Assembly: GCF_035084215.1 (NCBI RefSeq)
Contig: NC_090339.1
Span: 40,362,001 to 40,426,000, forward strand
Source of the DNA: Heptranchias perlo
Lineage: Eukaryota
Length of the DNA stretch: 64,000 nucleotides
Direction of reading: 5' to 3'
Part shown: positions 50,481 through 63,215 of the stretch, piece by piece
Layout: the number at the start of each line of letters is the position of its first letter
Position numbering within the stretch: the stretch's first letter is position 1
Notes under the pieces: generated by a model
What the model saw: the letters and a program-made list of their open reading frames with translations, nothing else
What the model was told of the DNA's origin: nothing
Database searches by the model: none
Translations under genes and position numbers: made by a program

Positions 50481-52288
50481 CCCTCCCAGTTTTTACCTAC
50501 TTCCCTTCCCTCCTTGATTGCCCCCTTTCCCTTTGCCTTCCCCATTCCCCCCAATCCCACTCCTACGTGAGTATCGCTGCTATTTGGGGTGATTTTGGCC
50601 ACTGTGTGCTGTAGGCGGGAACTCCTGTTCTTATAAGAATACCAGCCTACAGTATACAGAAGCCAGACCACTTCCATTCATGATAGGAGCAGTGGTGGGG
50701 GTCAGGGTATGTGCTGGTTTTTGTCAGCAAAATGTTGGCACACAGATTGGACGAAAATGCTGATTGTTACTGTGAAATGCTAACACTTGTATGGTTTCTA
50801 GAGAGAGCAGGGATTAAAGGATATGGTGAGACGGTGGGTAGATGGGGTTGGTATATAATATAGGGGTTGGCCTTTTCCTGTTCCTCAAATTTTTATGTTT
50901 TTAAAGCTTTGATGCTTCAAAGTTTAACATTCTGAATAAATACCTTTAATTTTCATTTCTAAATTTGGGCTATAAAATGTAAGTTGTGTGTTTTTCTTTT
51001 CTGGGTTGTTCAATGAATGCAGAGAAGTCAAAACCTTTATTTACAATAAGAACCCATTGCCTCAGTCATTGCTCCCCAGTCCCCAGAGTAGCCAACAATA
51101 TTTATATTATTTTTGTTGCCAATTTTCTGACTTTTGCTGGGATACAATTCCACAAGCACCATTGGCCCTTTGGTACCTCACTTAAGTGGCCATTCTTCAT
51201 CTCTGAGTTTAGAGGATCAGTATCAGTAGCCTCTTTGAGCGTGGAGGGCATTATAGCTCAGCTGTACTTGAAGCCCTAACACGCACATTTTGTAGCAGGA
51301 GTCACTGGATAGCGTTCAAGAACTCTGGTTTTATTTTTCCCTCCCTAGCCCAGCTGCAATGAGGGCAATTGTAGTAATCTGATTACCACTTTGGCTGAGA
51401 CCATCAAACTCAGCACAGACCGAGAATCAAACCTGGGACCTTCTGGGCTGCAGAATCATATGTGAGATGCTTTGGACTGCATGGCTCAGTTAAGTGTATC
51501 TTATACCAAATGAACCATCGGGGATGCCTCGTGCAATTGCTCAACCTATGCTGCAGAATGCTTTGTGATTAGTGTCAATATCTAAGCCAGCTGTATCTCC
51601 CTAACAATTTGCCTCGCTGCAATACAGACTCTGAGGGGTAGAAATTACTAGCGCATGTTAAACTCTTGAACATTATGATTTAGACAGAGACAAATTTATT
51701 GGGTAAGGGAGAATTATGGGCTGGTACAAAAGCCCTCAGTGTCCCTGACTAAGAAGGGAGAACAACAAAACCACGGTTCCTGCTCTTGATCGCTATCCAA
51801 TGACTCCTGTTGAAAAGTGTGCATCTGCATAAGCTGGGGGTGGGACAGGATTAGGCTCAGCTATGATGGGCTCGATAACCGAATAGCCCTGCTAACATTC
51901 ACAAACGAAGAATGGCCACTATGGTGAGCTAGTGCGACTTATGGATCCATACTGCATCAAGAGTCAGCACTTTCATATGAGAAGGGGAGAGACTTGGAAA
52001 AAAAACAGCAACAAGAGACAAAGAAGGGAAAAAATCCCGAGGTAATGTGAAACATAGGATCTGACTATGATGCCCTTCGGTAACCTTCCAGCTACCCTTT
52101 AAGCTACAGTGATTTCCCTGTGGTACAGAGAAGCTAAAGGAGACTCTTCAGTTCGAGTAATCAAATCACCATACATCAATGTCAGCTCCCTGCAAACCTG
52201 GCAACAACATCAAATATTCATGCGCAGTTTCTAATTAGAGAACATGAAAAAGGCTTCAAGAGAATTCTTTAAAAATAAAACATACATG

Positions 52289-53961
52289 GGGAAAAAAAAT
52301 TGGATAGGGCCTGTTATTGGGCGGGGGTAGTGGGATCCGATATCCCCCATGCCCAATGGCCCCTGCGCAGGCAGGACGAGAGTTTTGTCAGGCCTGAGGA
52401 CTTACCTGCAATCTGCGTTGGAAATCAACGATGAATGAGGATTCCATGCAATTTGCACTTTCCACCAGCAGGGGGAGCTCCAATCTTTTAAAGGCAGACT
52501 GTCTCTTAAAAATCTCTTAAAGGTAGCTGGTACCTGTTATTTGCTGAAAATAACAGTCTGCTGTCTGCACGGAGTCTGAACAGAGACCAGATATCTCACG
52601 TGCAAAACATAGATGCAGCTCCCGCCTCTATGTTTACAAACTGATGCATTATGTTAAAACATTGAATAAAGGTTGCATGCCACTAAATCCCACATTCTCC
52701 AATCTGAATGCCAGACCTCACCAAACTGCCGATCTGAGCTTGTACCAGGCCTGCGAGAGTGCGTGCGCCAAGGTTTTCTGCTGATGTAGTAGAGGCCTTG
52801 GTGCAAGAGGCGGACAGAAGGAGGGACATCCAATATCCACAGGGGGGCAAGAGGCCCTCTAGGCATATACCCAAAAGGCAGTGGGAGGCAGCAGGGGACA
52901 AAGTCAATGCCAGGCACACAGCATCATGAACATGGATGCAGTGCAGGGAGAAGTTCAATGCTTTGACATGAGTGGTCAAGGTGACTGAGGTCAACTGTCA
53001 AGTGGTGTCTCCTACCAACTACACCACTAGCCGCATCCACTGCTCCACGCTCTACATTCCCCATCACCCACATACCAACAAACTCTTTCCATCAGTGCTC
53101 AACTCTTCCAATCAGATGCTTCCTCTCACCCTTACATATTACCACTATTGCAAGCCGCCCACCCACAACTCACAGGCCACATACACTGGCAGCTATTCGA
53201 CCACGACAGGCACATCAACCAGACACACGTCCCGCTTTCTTGCAGGAGAAGGTGGCGCATATCAGGAGGCTGCAAGTGGCAGTGGCATTTAGCCCCTCGA
53301 GCCTGTTCCACCATTCAATGAGATCATGTTTGGTCTGTGACCTAACTCCATATATTTAGCCTTAGCCCCATATCCCTTAATACCATTGGTTCACAGAAAT
53401 CTATCAATCACAGATTTAGAATTCACATTTGAGCTAGCATCAACTGCCGTTTGCAGAAGAGCGTTCCAAATTTCTCCCACCCTTTGTGTGTAGAAGCATT
53501 TCCTAACTGCACTCCTGCACGTCCTGGCTCTAAATGTTAGGCTATGTTCCCTAGTCCTAGTATTCAAGTATAGAAGCCCTCCAAAAACAGTTACAAATGT
53601 CTCGGCAGCCAGAAGCAATAATCCAGCCACTAACCTGTAAATTCTGCATGGTCCCTTTAAATTGTGCTGGTGGGGGTCCTCTATGACACATTCTGATGGT
53701 TGGGGTTAAGAGTTGAGTACTAGACACCATTTTGGGACTTATCACTTTAAATCAGTGTTGCACACTGATTATATCCATTTTCTCCTTACTTTACATGCTT
53801 CCAGCATTCGGTATTTGTGTACGCTCTAACTCCTATACCAAGATGGCGTCCGGCACACGTCACACTGGGAATGTGCGTGAGCAGCCAAAATGCCATCTTG
53901 GCACTTCAGGAAGCCGCATAACACCGAAACAACGGGCGCTACTTGGCCCAATTTAGCGCCC
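52289..53961 (+). mobile_element. PIF/Harbinger-type DNA transposon relic carrying a Myb/SANT-like gene fragment
   Basis: ~52762-52980 reads RAPRFSADVVEALVQEADRRRDIQYPQGGKRPSRHIPKRQWEAAGDKVNARHTAS*TWMQCREKFNALT*VVK, then intron gtgact...tttcttgcag, then EKVAH. Termini GGG..AAATTGG / CCAATTT..CCC. Confidence 0.75.
53275..53560 (-). mobile_element. CR1 3' fragment inside the Harbinger relic
   Basis: Homologous to 44675-44950. Confidence 0.8.
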
Positions 53962-53999
53962 ATAATATATTCAAATGAACACAATATATGTGTAACATT

Positions 54000-54132
54000 T
54001 ACATAGAAACATAGAAAATAGGAGCAAGAGTAGGCCATTCGGCCCTTCGGGCCTGCTCCACCATTCAAAATGATCATGGCTGATCGTCTAACTCAGTACC
54101 CTGTTCCCGCTTTTTCCCCATATCCCTTGATT
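54000..54132 (-). mobile_element. CR1 3' tail fragment
   Basis: (acatagaa)x2 followed by ggagcaagagtaggccattcggccc. Confidence 0.75.
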
Positions 54133-55254
54133 TAATAATGAAAGCTTGTGAATTGGCTTTGCAAGCTGGAAAATGTAAATTATCACAGCAGGTTCATTAA
54201 AATACAAAGAGCTAAAGAAAACATTGGTTGGTTAGCGAAACATGATTGGTGCGCAAGAATGAGGCTTACAATTAAGCTGCTGTTTAATGCCTCCTTTTAA
54301 AAGAAATAGAAGTTATTTTTAACTCCCCATGAATTGGGTAAAGGCATTGCCCAGTATAGTATGAAGCCATTTAGTCACGCAGTCTCTCATTCAATCCCCA
54401 GTTAGGAGCTGGAGCAGTGATTCTGGTGCTCCAATTGGCCTCAGTACACCTTGGACTAGGAAAGGAAAATCAGCCTACTCCTGATCACAATAAAGTGACT
54501 CCTGCTGGAAAACGTGTGTAGACGCAGGCAGGACCCGATTGGCACCAGTACTTTAATTGCTGTGACCTCATGGGACACTTACTATATTTTACATAGAATT
54601 GAATAAGGGCAGGATTTGGCTGTAAACTGACCTTGGTAAAAGTGGTTGGTGTATCAAGCAGTTCATCTTTAAATCATTGCACCATGGAGCAAGGATGTCA
54701 CACATTGCTCTAGGTGCTAATTAGTAACCACATTATGTTTCACAAGACAATGCAGCCCAAAAGTAGGTCAGCAAAAATATTGTTGAGTGGGCTGAAAAAT
54801 GTAACCCACAGTGTAAAAATATCTCTCAGTATAGGACAGTGTATATCACCTTAAAGAGAATGGGGGATACATTCATATTCCCTGTTGGTTCAGTGCTGAT
54901 TTTGAAAGTAATCCTAAGAGGTGGAACAGCTGAAGTTAAAGGTGTCTTTACATTAAAGTGCAGCAAATGAGAAATGAACAGTTTTCCTGCCATCTCAGCC
55001 AGTTATTCTTCATCACTTTGGAGAAGACATTTTGAAGTGATCAAATCCAAATTTTCAAGATTATTGAGGGAATTGAACTGCACAAATTATTCACTGTGGT
55101 GAAGCTTGAAATATGAGGGCACAGCTTAAAATTTGAAAATTAGGAGTAAGAAGGGAAATTAGGTGGATCTTCTTCACCAAACGAGTAATAGGATTATAGA
55201 ATAAATTGGGGTACCCAATCGTTTGATCAGTTGTACTTTAAATATACCCTAATT

Positions 55255-55505
55255 TGCTTTCTCCTTCATTTCATTCTCCCTCCACCTTCACTTCAGTCTT
55301 ACTCTTTTTCCTCATTTACTTCAGTCTCGCTTTCTTCTTTCACCAGTCTCTCTCCTCTTTCTCTTCGGTCTTTCTCCTCTTTCACTTCAGTTTCTCTCTC
55401 CACTCTTTCATTTCAGTCTCTCTCTCTTTCTTCTTTCACCAGTCTCTCTCTCTCTCCTCCTTCACTTCAGTCTCTCTATCTCTCTCTCTCTCCCTCCTCT
55501 TTCAC
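55255..55505. repeat. CT-rich degenerate tandem repeat
   Basis: Units of ttcacttcagtctctctc. Confidence 0.75.
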
Positions 55506-58500
55506 AGTTCGCGCACAGTAGGGACGTCACTGGGTGTCAACCTAAAACCAGTGATAGACCCCTCAAGTATGCTAATAAGGTACCTAGTACCCATTTTAGG
55601 ACCCATTGCAGATATGTGTTTGCCCTAAGCACAACAAGTCTGCTCCACTCAGGACTTTGGTCCATATGCAACTTAACCAATGCTCCTTAAAGGGCCAGCT
55701 GAAGGCTGCCACCAAAAAGGTAGATTTAAAAAAAAGCACTTACCTTAATATGGAACCAGGAGCAACAGTAGTGCTGTTCTCAGCACTTCTGCAGGCAACC
55801 TGACGGTGCCCGATTGCCACTCCCAATCACCCCTTCCCAGCACTTACCTGAGGGCTGCTACCAGCATCACAGTGGCCCAATATTCATCCACGCTTAGCCA
55901 ATTAACTGCCTGGGGATGTGCAGTAGGGTCTATTGGCCTTTGCCTGATCCTAAAAATTCTTGTGCTTTTTAGTATACTGTCTGTTTAAGACCATTGGATT
56001 AAAGTGCTGTATTTATGAACTCAGTGGTGGTGCTAGACTCTGCTAACTGCCCTTTGATACTTTGAATAAGGTCTTTCCATTATCAAATAGGTTTCCTCTC
56101 AGGAAGAAGGAAGGTTGATGAGGACTAGTTCATCTCACAGCAAGTATACCTTGTATTGATTACAGACAAGAGAGAAGGATAGAGAAAGAAATACACCAAC
56201 ACCAAAGCTTCTTCCCATTTGAAAGAGGCTAAGTGAAATAAAAATTGGTTGTTGATTACCATTCAAGTTTACAGTAATTACATCACAATTGTTAGTCCCT
56301 CAGGATAGAAGTCACATCAATGATTTGCAGCTTACTGACGAATAGTATCTATATTGAAATGTCAGATAATTTGGTGGGCTGATTGGCTGTTTCTTCCATT
56401 CTTTCTTTGTTTAAACCAGGGAACCTACTTTGGTAAAAGTTGGTTTAAATGGAAATCATTTTTTGTTAAATTCCTGTTTCTTTTCCCCAGTACTGCATAG
56501 CTTCTGCATGTGTGCTAGAAAATTTGCAACAAGCTTAAAGAAAATGCCATTTTAATTTTGCTTTCCTTTTGCAGAATCATAATTTTTGTATTGTGACTGA
56601 ATCATGGTGATTTTTGTTGTGCATTCAATGTACAGATAAAAATGTTTGGCATTGAGTTGAGCCTCGAGCTGCCCTTCCATTTTGAACAAGTTACAATGGA
56701 CAGAAAGGGCACTTAACTCACCATGTCAGCACAAGTGGTAAATGCAGTGACCCCCATGGCCTTTGAAGGCAAAAGCATCTCAAATATAAGCCATTCATGA
56801 AACAGAACAAAATAGTTTGGCTTTCTAGTATCAAAGCTATGGTGCTTTTGCTATTTGACCTAAGGCTTTTAACAGACAAGATACTGTCTTTATTGAGTTC
56901 CAAGAGACCCTACTGATAGATCAATAGCCTACTAATGTGTCAACCAGTTACTTAGCAGTGTTGTAGGGCAGTGTTGTAGGCCTTTTTTTTGATAACTGTG
57001 ACCTAAATGGGTTTCCTTGTGCCGCCAGCTGCAATGGAACATACTCTGGACTGGAAGATGGGCTGTGTCATCCTAGAAGAGACAGTAACCCTTTTGATGG
57101 TCCAGATGCCCCTATAGGGCTAAACCTTCCATCCTGAATTAGAAACCACAAACAGACAGGACCCTGTAACTGAAAATAACACAAGGTGATAAAGGTACAT
57201 TTTTTTTATCTCCCTCCCTTGAAGGCACGGACTGTTGTTGGGGTAGGATTCTAAAGGCATTTGCAGCCCTATGACAGGCATGGTCATTCTGCATGTGTGA
57301 GCCTTGACAGTAAAGCCCAGACTATTAGACTATGGCAGGCATCACATTTGAGCTGATTCAGTCCTCACCCAAATTCCACACATGCACCTTGCACCAGTTG
57401 TCATTGGATGGGGATCAGCAGCTCAAATCCTGGCTAATTTTCTAATTTTTAGTCCTGGGCACTGAAGCCAATTGTGGCACTTGACTTGCTGCCCAAGTTG
57501 AGATAGTAGACAGTAAAAACTGGAAAATGAGCCTGGGAACTTCTATGTGTATAGTTCCTGATCACTATCCAGTGACATTTACTGGAATAAAAACAGAAAG
57601 TGCTGGAAATACTCAGCAGGTCAGGCAGCATCCGTGGAGATTTACTGGAAAGTGTTCATTTGTGGATACTGGGCAAGGACAAGAGTGGGTTTGGCTGTGA
57701 TTCCTTTCACAGTTGAATAACCTACCAAGGCCTATTGTTTAGACTCGCACCAAAGAATGGACACTTGGGTGAGTTACCTATAGAACAATACACCAGCAAA
57801 AGTATGCATCCCCAAGCACAAAAATTGACTTGTAGTTTCAGTAATTTTTTTGTTGAGAGACCTAAGTGAAGAGACAATCCAATAATGCAGGACACAATCA
57901 AGGTTAAAGAAAATAAGGTAAATAAGGAAGTAATGATTAAGTAACACCAAACTTGGATTTTAAAAACCTGAAGATTGTAGGAGGAAGGAAAGATGAGGGA
58001 GGTGAAGAGTCTACAGTTTGGAGGTCTAGGAAAGAATGAGTTATAATGAGTTTTTATTTCAACACTGTGACGATGAAGCATTTGCTGCTCAGAGGAATGA
58101 TAATAGTTGAATTTTAAAAATAGAGAGAAAGTCAAGGAAGTGCGAGAGAAGGAGAGAGAGAAAGAGACACGAAAGAGTAATTTCTTCTCATTTGGCAAAA
58201 ATGTTTTTGTGTTTTGTCCAGGAGTTTGAGAAGTGTTAGAAGAAACTTCCCAGATATAAGAATAGTATTGAAGTATTAGACAGACATGGACTTTGTATGA
58301 GGACAGTGGGCCATCTGGAAAAATGGTCTGTCAAATTAAAAAATATTAAGATTACTCTCTTCATGAAAAACAAGTGTAGCAAGCATTTTTTTTCAGCTGG
58401 GAAGGAAAAAGAAGCAGAAAATTCATACATAATTTTTGTTAGAACAATGCGATGTGCAAGTTATACAATAATGCATTTTGATGTGATTTATGTCATTACG

Positions 58501-58777
58501 TTGTGCATTTGAAAACTTTTATCTTTATGTTTGTTTCTGATTCTGATTTTCCATTTTAAATATCACAATATGATAATATTGTATTGTATCTAATAATGAG
58601 GTACCTTTGATGCACATGGTAAATATTATACTGTAATACTTCCAGAAAACCATTTGTCCTGACACTCTATAGTATAAAACAACATTATCTCTATGCTCCA
58701 ATTAACTGACCAGAAAGATAAATAACCATAGCTTTCTTCACCAAGTGAAAACAAAAAAGAATTGCAGCAACAATGTA

Positions 58778-59578
58778 CAGTCCTACCTACTTATCTAAAC
58801 CCATTTATGTCAATATCTCGCTTATGTCGACAAAAAAGTAAAGTCTCAGTCCCATCTTCGCACATTAATACAAAAAACTAACCGTCATGTTGTCGTCGAC
58901 ATAAGCTCTGGCTCACTTAAGTTGATAAATTTTTTAAGTCCCCAACAACACTAAAGGCTTATGTTGCTTACTGCTTATGTCAACAGGGATTCTCCGCTGC
59001 TCCTTCTTGCCAAGGTCTCTGTACTCGTAAATTCTGCTCACACTTTGTCATGCTGGAAGACCCCGACACAGGGGAAGGTGATACCCAGGATGATGTCTAC
59101 CACTGGGTTGGCTTTGGAGCTTATGTCTTCAGGAGGTGAAAAGGACACTGCGGACACTAGAAATAGGCCGGTTAGTCATGAGAACGGGGTCAGTGGAGGC
59201 AACTAAATATAATCAGGGTCCACTAGGGAAACAGCTTCGTACAGGGGTCAAGGGTCGGGCACATCCCAGGCAACAAAGGCAGGGTATCGATATCTAATCA
59301 GAGCGGGGTACTGGGAACTGATCAGAGCAGGGAATCGGAACTTTTTGGTAAGCTTTGTAACTCTGCGCTACATTTGGCACTTTTATAATATGTTACTATT
59401 TGCTATAGTTGGAATTTTCTTTATTAAATAATGTTACTTTGATCGGCGTGTGTCACAAACACAGTAGGGATGGGTCTATAGGCAGTGATTCAGGATGTCC
59501 TGGTCAATTCAAAGCGAACTGCTTATCTCGACAAAATTAGAACGGTCCCCGAAATGTCGACATAAGTGGGTAGGACTG
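58778..59578. mobile_element. Tc1/mariner-pogo (Tigger-like) non-autonomous element, 801 bp
   Basis: TIR CAGTCCTACCTACTTAT / ATAAGTGGGTAGGACTG (16/17 match), TA on both flanks, subterminal cttatgtcgaca repeats. Confidence 0.85.
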
Positions 59579-59959
59579 TAATCATCTGGGTGGAATAAAC
59601 CACACAACCGCTGTCTGATCACACTGGAAGTGTCTTGATAGTTCTATTAACCTGGAGTGATGCTTGTATCTTGTCAAAAATACCCCTAGCAATATCAGCT
59701 TGCCTCAAATCAGACCTGATAGAAAAATCCAGAAATGTTCACAGCAATTGGATTCAGACTCAGGAATTAGAAGGGCCAGTTTCCTCTGCAGAAGGGTCAA
59801 ATTATGGCTTTCACAAGATTACAAGATAAATGTGGATGAAGAAGAACTGTCAGCCACCTTAGTCACATCCGTCCAAAAGATCCTCTTGCCACTCACTCCC
59901 TTCATGGCATATCATTTTTTATATATGATTTCAGGATTTTTGCCTCCGCTCACCTACCC

Positions 59960-60700
59960 GTAAGTCCATCCCATGTGTTGATCACTCTTTGTGTGAAGAT
60001 CTTCCTGCCATTAGTCCTAAATTTGCCTTTTACTAGTTTGAACCTGTATTCCATTATCCTCCACTCACATTTTAATTTGAAGTAATTTTTTAGATTTACC
60101 TTTTCCATACCATTCAAAATTAAATATATCTCTATGAGGTCACCCTTCAGTCATTTCCTTTCGAGATTGAAAAGCCCTAGTTTCTCCAGTGTTTCATCAT
60201 AACTCAAACCTTTCATGCAAGGAATCAGCCTCATGGCTGTTTCCAGTACTTCAATGTTTCTTTTATATCTTCATGGCTAGAAGATGGATACAGTACAGAA
60301 GATATGGTCTGACTAAAAGCACTACACAATTTCAGCATGATTTCCTCTGACTTGTACACTACTGTTTTGGCTATATAATTCAACATTCTATTTGCTTTGT
60401 TGATTGTTGATCTGGAGTGGTTGGACATATTGAGTAATGAGTCCATTAAGACCCCTGGATCTCCTTCAACTTCCTCCTTAGCCATTTTGACACCATTAAT
60501 GTAGTATGTATATCATCTGTTTTTTTCCTACGTGCAATACTTGGCTGTATTAAATTTGATCTGCCATTGTTCTGTCCACTTATGTATCGTATCCAACTCA
60601 TTCTGCATTTCCCAAGCTGCCTCCTCAGAATCAACTCGGCCTCGTAGTTTAATATTATCTTCAAATTTGACCAATTTGCATTGAGTTTCTAAGTCCACAT
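59960..60700 (-). mobile_element. Old CR1 RT fragment
   Basis: VKFEDNIKL..WTEQWQIKFN and INKANRMLNYIAK..YKSEEIMLKL. Confidence 0.75.
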
Positions 60701-60969
60701 CAGTCCAGAAACTAGTCAACAAATTCCACCTTACACAGCTAAACCATTTCACAACTTCCAAATCAGACACTTCTCCCAAATCACAATACTCCAAAAACTT
60801 GAACTGAAAGCAACCTCTTTGGAACTATAGCTTCACTGAGAGTAAAGCATCTTCACAGTCATAACAGCACCAAATTGACCATCAGAAAAGTCTAAAGGAG
60901 ATTGCGAAATAATGGAGAAGGAATGAGGCGAGGTATGGAGGCAGACACGATTAAACTGCACATGCAGGA

Positions 60970-61275
60970 TTGGGGGTGGGGGGCGTCAGGACGACTTCTT
61001 TATACAAAAAAAAGAAACCCACGCCAACTTCATTCTGCAGTAGTCAAGGAGCTGGGTTGAGACCATGAATGTGGAAAGTCTGTGGCCAGAAGGACATGCT
61101 GTTACATGTGCTTTGATCATGTCCTCATTTTCAGCCATTCATGACAGCAGTCAGAGAGGCCACAATGAGAATGGCTGGCCTCAGCCCAGCTCCTTGACTA
61201 CTGCAGAATGAAGTTGGCGTGGGCTTTTTTTTGTATAAAAATGTCGACCCGACGCCTTCCCCAACCCCCACCCCC
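60970..61275. repeat. Long inverted repeat (~95-bp arms, ~110-bp spacer)
   Basis: cccacgccaacttcattctgcagtagtcaaggagctggg (61018-61056) is the exact reverse complement of cccagctccttgactactgcagaatgaagttggcgtggg (61185-61223). Pairing extends outward imperfectly. Confidence 0.9.
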
Positions 61276-61326
61276 CCCCCACCCCCGCCGGAAATTGAGG
61301 TAATGTAGAAATCATTATATTTGTAC

Positions 61327-61627
61327 CTGTTCCATCATCACTCGAGCTAAACCCGCAGATCAGACTGATGTGCCGTACCCATCTGTTCATTTCATCCTCG
61401 GTTTTAGCCACCAAGTAAAATGTACGAGCCGGAGTCTTAACTTCGAAAACGTAATTGTTCTGGAATTCCTTTTTACTGAGCTTTAACCCAGCTTCAATAT
61501 TCTCACACTCAGTGAGGTTTATCATGCGGAGCGGTTTCTTGGAGTGGTGGTTTTTGTAGTATTCAAGAACATCTGGGTTGCCACTCAGTCGACCACTACG
61601 CAACACAAACCAACGCTTCCTCCACGC
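61327..61627 (-). CDS. gab3: GAB3-like adaptor, coding exon 2 (PH domain), 301 nt
   Basis: Translates AWRKRWFVLRSGRLSGNPDVLEYYKNHHSKKPLRMINLTEC...FYLVAKTEDEMNRWVRHISLICGF, a typical GAB PH domain. Acceptor ttttttccag, donor ACAG|gtacaa; phase 0 to 1. Exon 1 is not in the window. Confidence 0.95.
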
Positions 61628-61854
61628 CTGGAAAAAAAGAGAAGAGTCAGACTTAAGCGTCACCGAATGAGCAGAGATTTTTCAAAATTGTTTTCTCCCT
61701 TCTTGTAGGGGTTGACTCTCATTGGAATACACTTCCTGTACCTCATCCTAGTTGTCATTCTTCATTTGTGAACTTAAACGCTGACCGTCAGTATGTATTT
61801 TGATTATGTTGAGGGGGCAGGGGGGGAACCACAGCGTACACCCTTGTTATTATT

Positions 61855-61980
61855 AGGCAAGGGTATTTAGGGTTACGGAAACAAGGTAGGTAAATGGAGT
61901 TAAGATACAGATCAGCCATGATCTAACTGAATGGCAGAACAGGATCGATGGCTGAATAGCCTACTCCTGTTCCTACGTTC
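61855..61980 (+). mobile_element. CR1 3' tail fragment
   Basis: agatcagccatgatctaactgaatggc...cctactcctgttcctacgttc. Confidence 0.7.
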
Positions 61981-62889
61981 CTTGTCCTCACCTGATGTCC
62001 ACACACATACACTCTTTAGCAGGGATCAATGGATACCAACCAGGAGTGGGAGGCCTGGCTGAGTTATCACCTCTCTCTTGTCACAACAGCCGAGATAAAC
62101 TAACTCATCACAGACCTGGGTTTGTGCAAAATTTATCATGACATTATAGGGTGGATAAGTATAGGTTCTAGGCTACAGCATCCTGCACCATATATGTATG
62201 TAGGAATGCTATGCACATCCAAAGAATATCAAATGGAAATTTGTGAAATGCCTCATGTATGCTAGAAGCGTGGGATAAATTTGTGGTTCAATGTGTCCTC
62301 GTTTGCATAACATTCCACTCAAAGGACACTAGGGTGGAAATTCATTTAGGCGTGTTTCTGGGCTCAAAATAGGCAAGCACACACCAGAAGCCGGAGGCCC
62401 GAGGATCTCCCAAAATTGGGCGTTGGGCCTCATTCTAATAATAGAAGCAAGCTTGCCGGCACCTATTGCACCTCTAGAGGCAGCTTGACCGAGGTCGGAA
62501 ATGAATTTGGGCCTCAGATAAGTCCTAGTTGGGGGAGGGGGGGAGCGTATTATTAACTAAAATTATTACCCAGTCCTCGTTGACTTGAAAGCATTTTATA
62601 AATCTGATTCATTCTTACAATTAAAAAAAAGGAGAAATGGAAACATTTCTTTTCCTCAGAGGATGATTAAGATGACATAATAGCGTATATCTTTCTAGTG
62701 CAATTGGGAGGTTCTCTGTCAATCTGTATGCTGACTCAGAGAAGATGGGGCTAGGAAAGGAAGTGGAGAAGCAGTGTAGAGGTGTGGAAATGTTAAAATA
62801 GCAGAAGTAGACCCAAAAAGTTTGAATTGAGATCAAAGCCTGAGACAGCTCCCCCGATGGTTAAACATACTAGGAAAACAAACTAGTTC

Positions 62890-63215
62890 GATACCTAGTT
62901 TGCACTGAGTGAGCTGGTTTTAGATGGGCAACAGATGGGGTCGTCCCAAACCTAGAGAGCAGGAAAATCAGCCAGGGTTCACACTCCTGACTACTACCCC
63001 TACTGGAAAATACATATGTGCAGACATTGGGTAAGAACTGGAGTAAGCTTGGGTTGTGATGTTTCCTGTGGTGGAAAAACTTTGCAACATTCACTGCCTA
63101 GGTCCACATATGAAGAATGGCTACTTGGGCAAAATACTGGAGTGCTGCTAGCACCATGGAACTGTACCCCAGCAAGAGTCATCCCTTTCAGGAAATAAGG
63201 GGGAAAAAATTGGGG
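62890..63215 (+). mobile_element. Representative copy of an abundant old SINE-like dispersed repeat (unnamed)
   Basis: Shared motifs aaaatcagccagggtt, gaagaatggc(c/t)acttggg and ccatgg/tggaactgtaccccagcaagagtca recur at about 2900-3190, 8380-8730, 13350-13700, 16570-16860, 28420-28740, 29330-29550, 46900-47220, 51120-51480, 51730-52000 and 57220-57800. Confidence 0.65.

Noticed and set aside
55231-55628. Ser/Leu-rich ORFs
   Set aside because: Low-complexity CT repeat.
61181-61663. Single-exon 160-aa PH protein
   Set aside because: The ORF runs past canonical splice sites; only 61327-61627 is exon.
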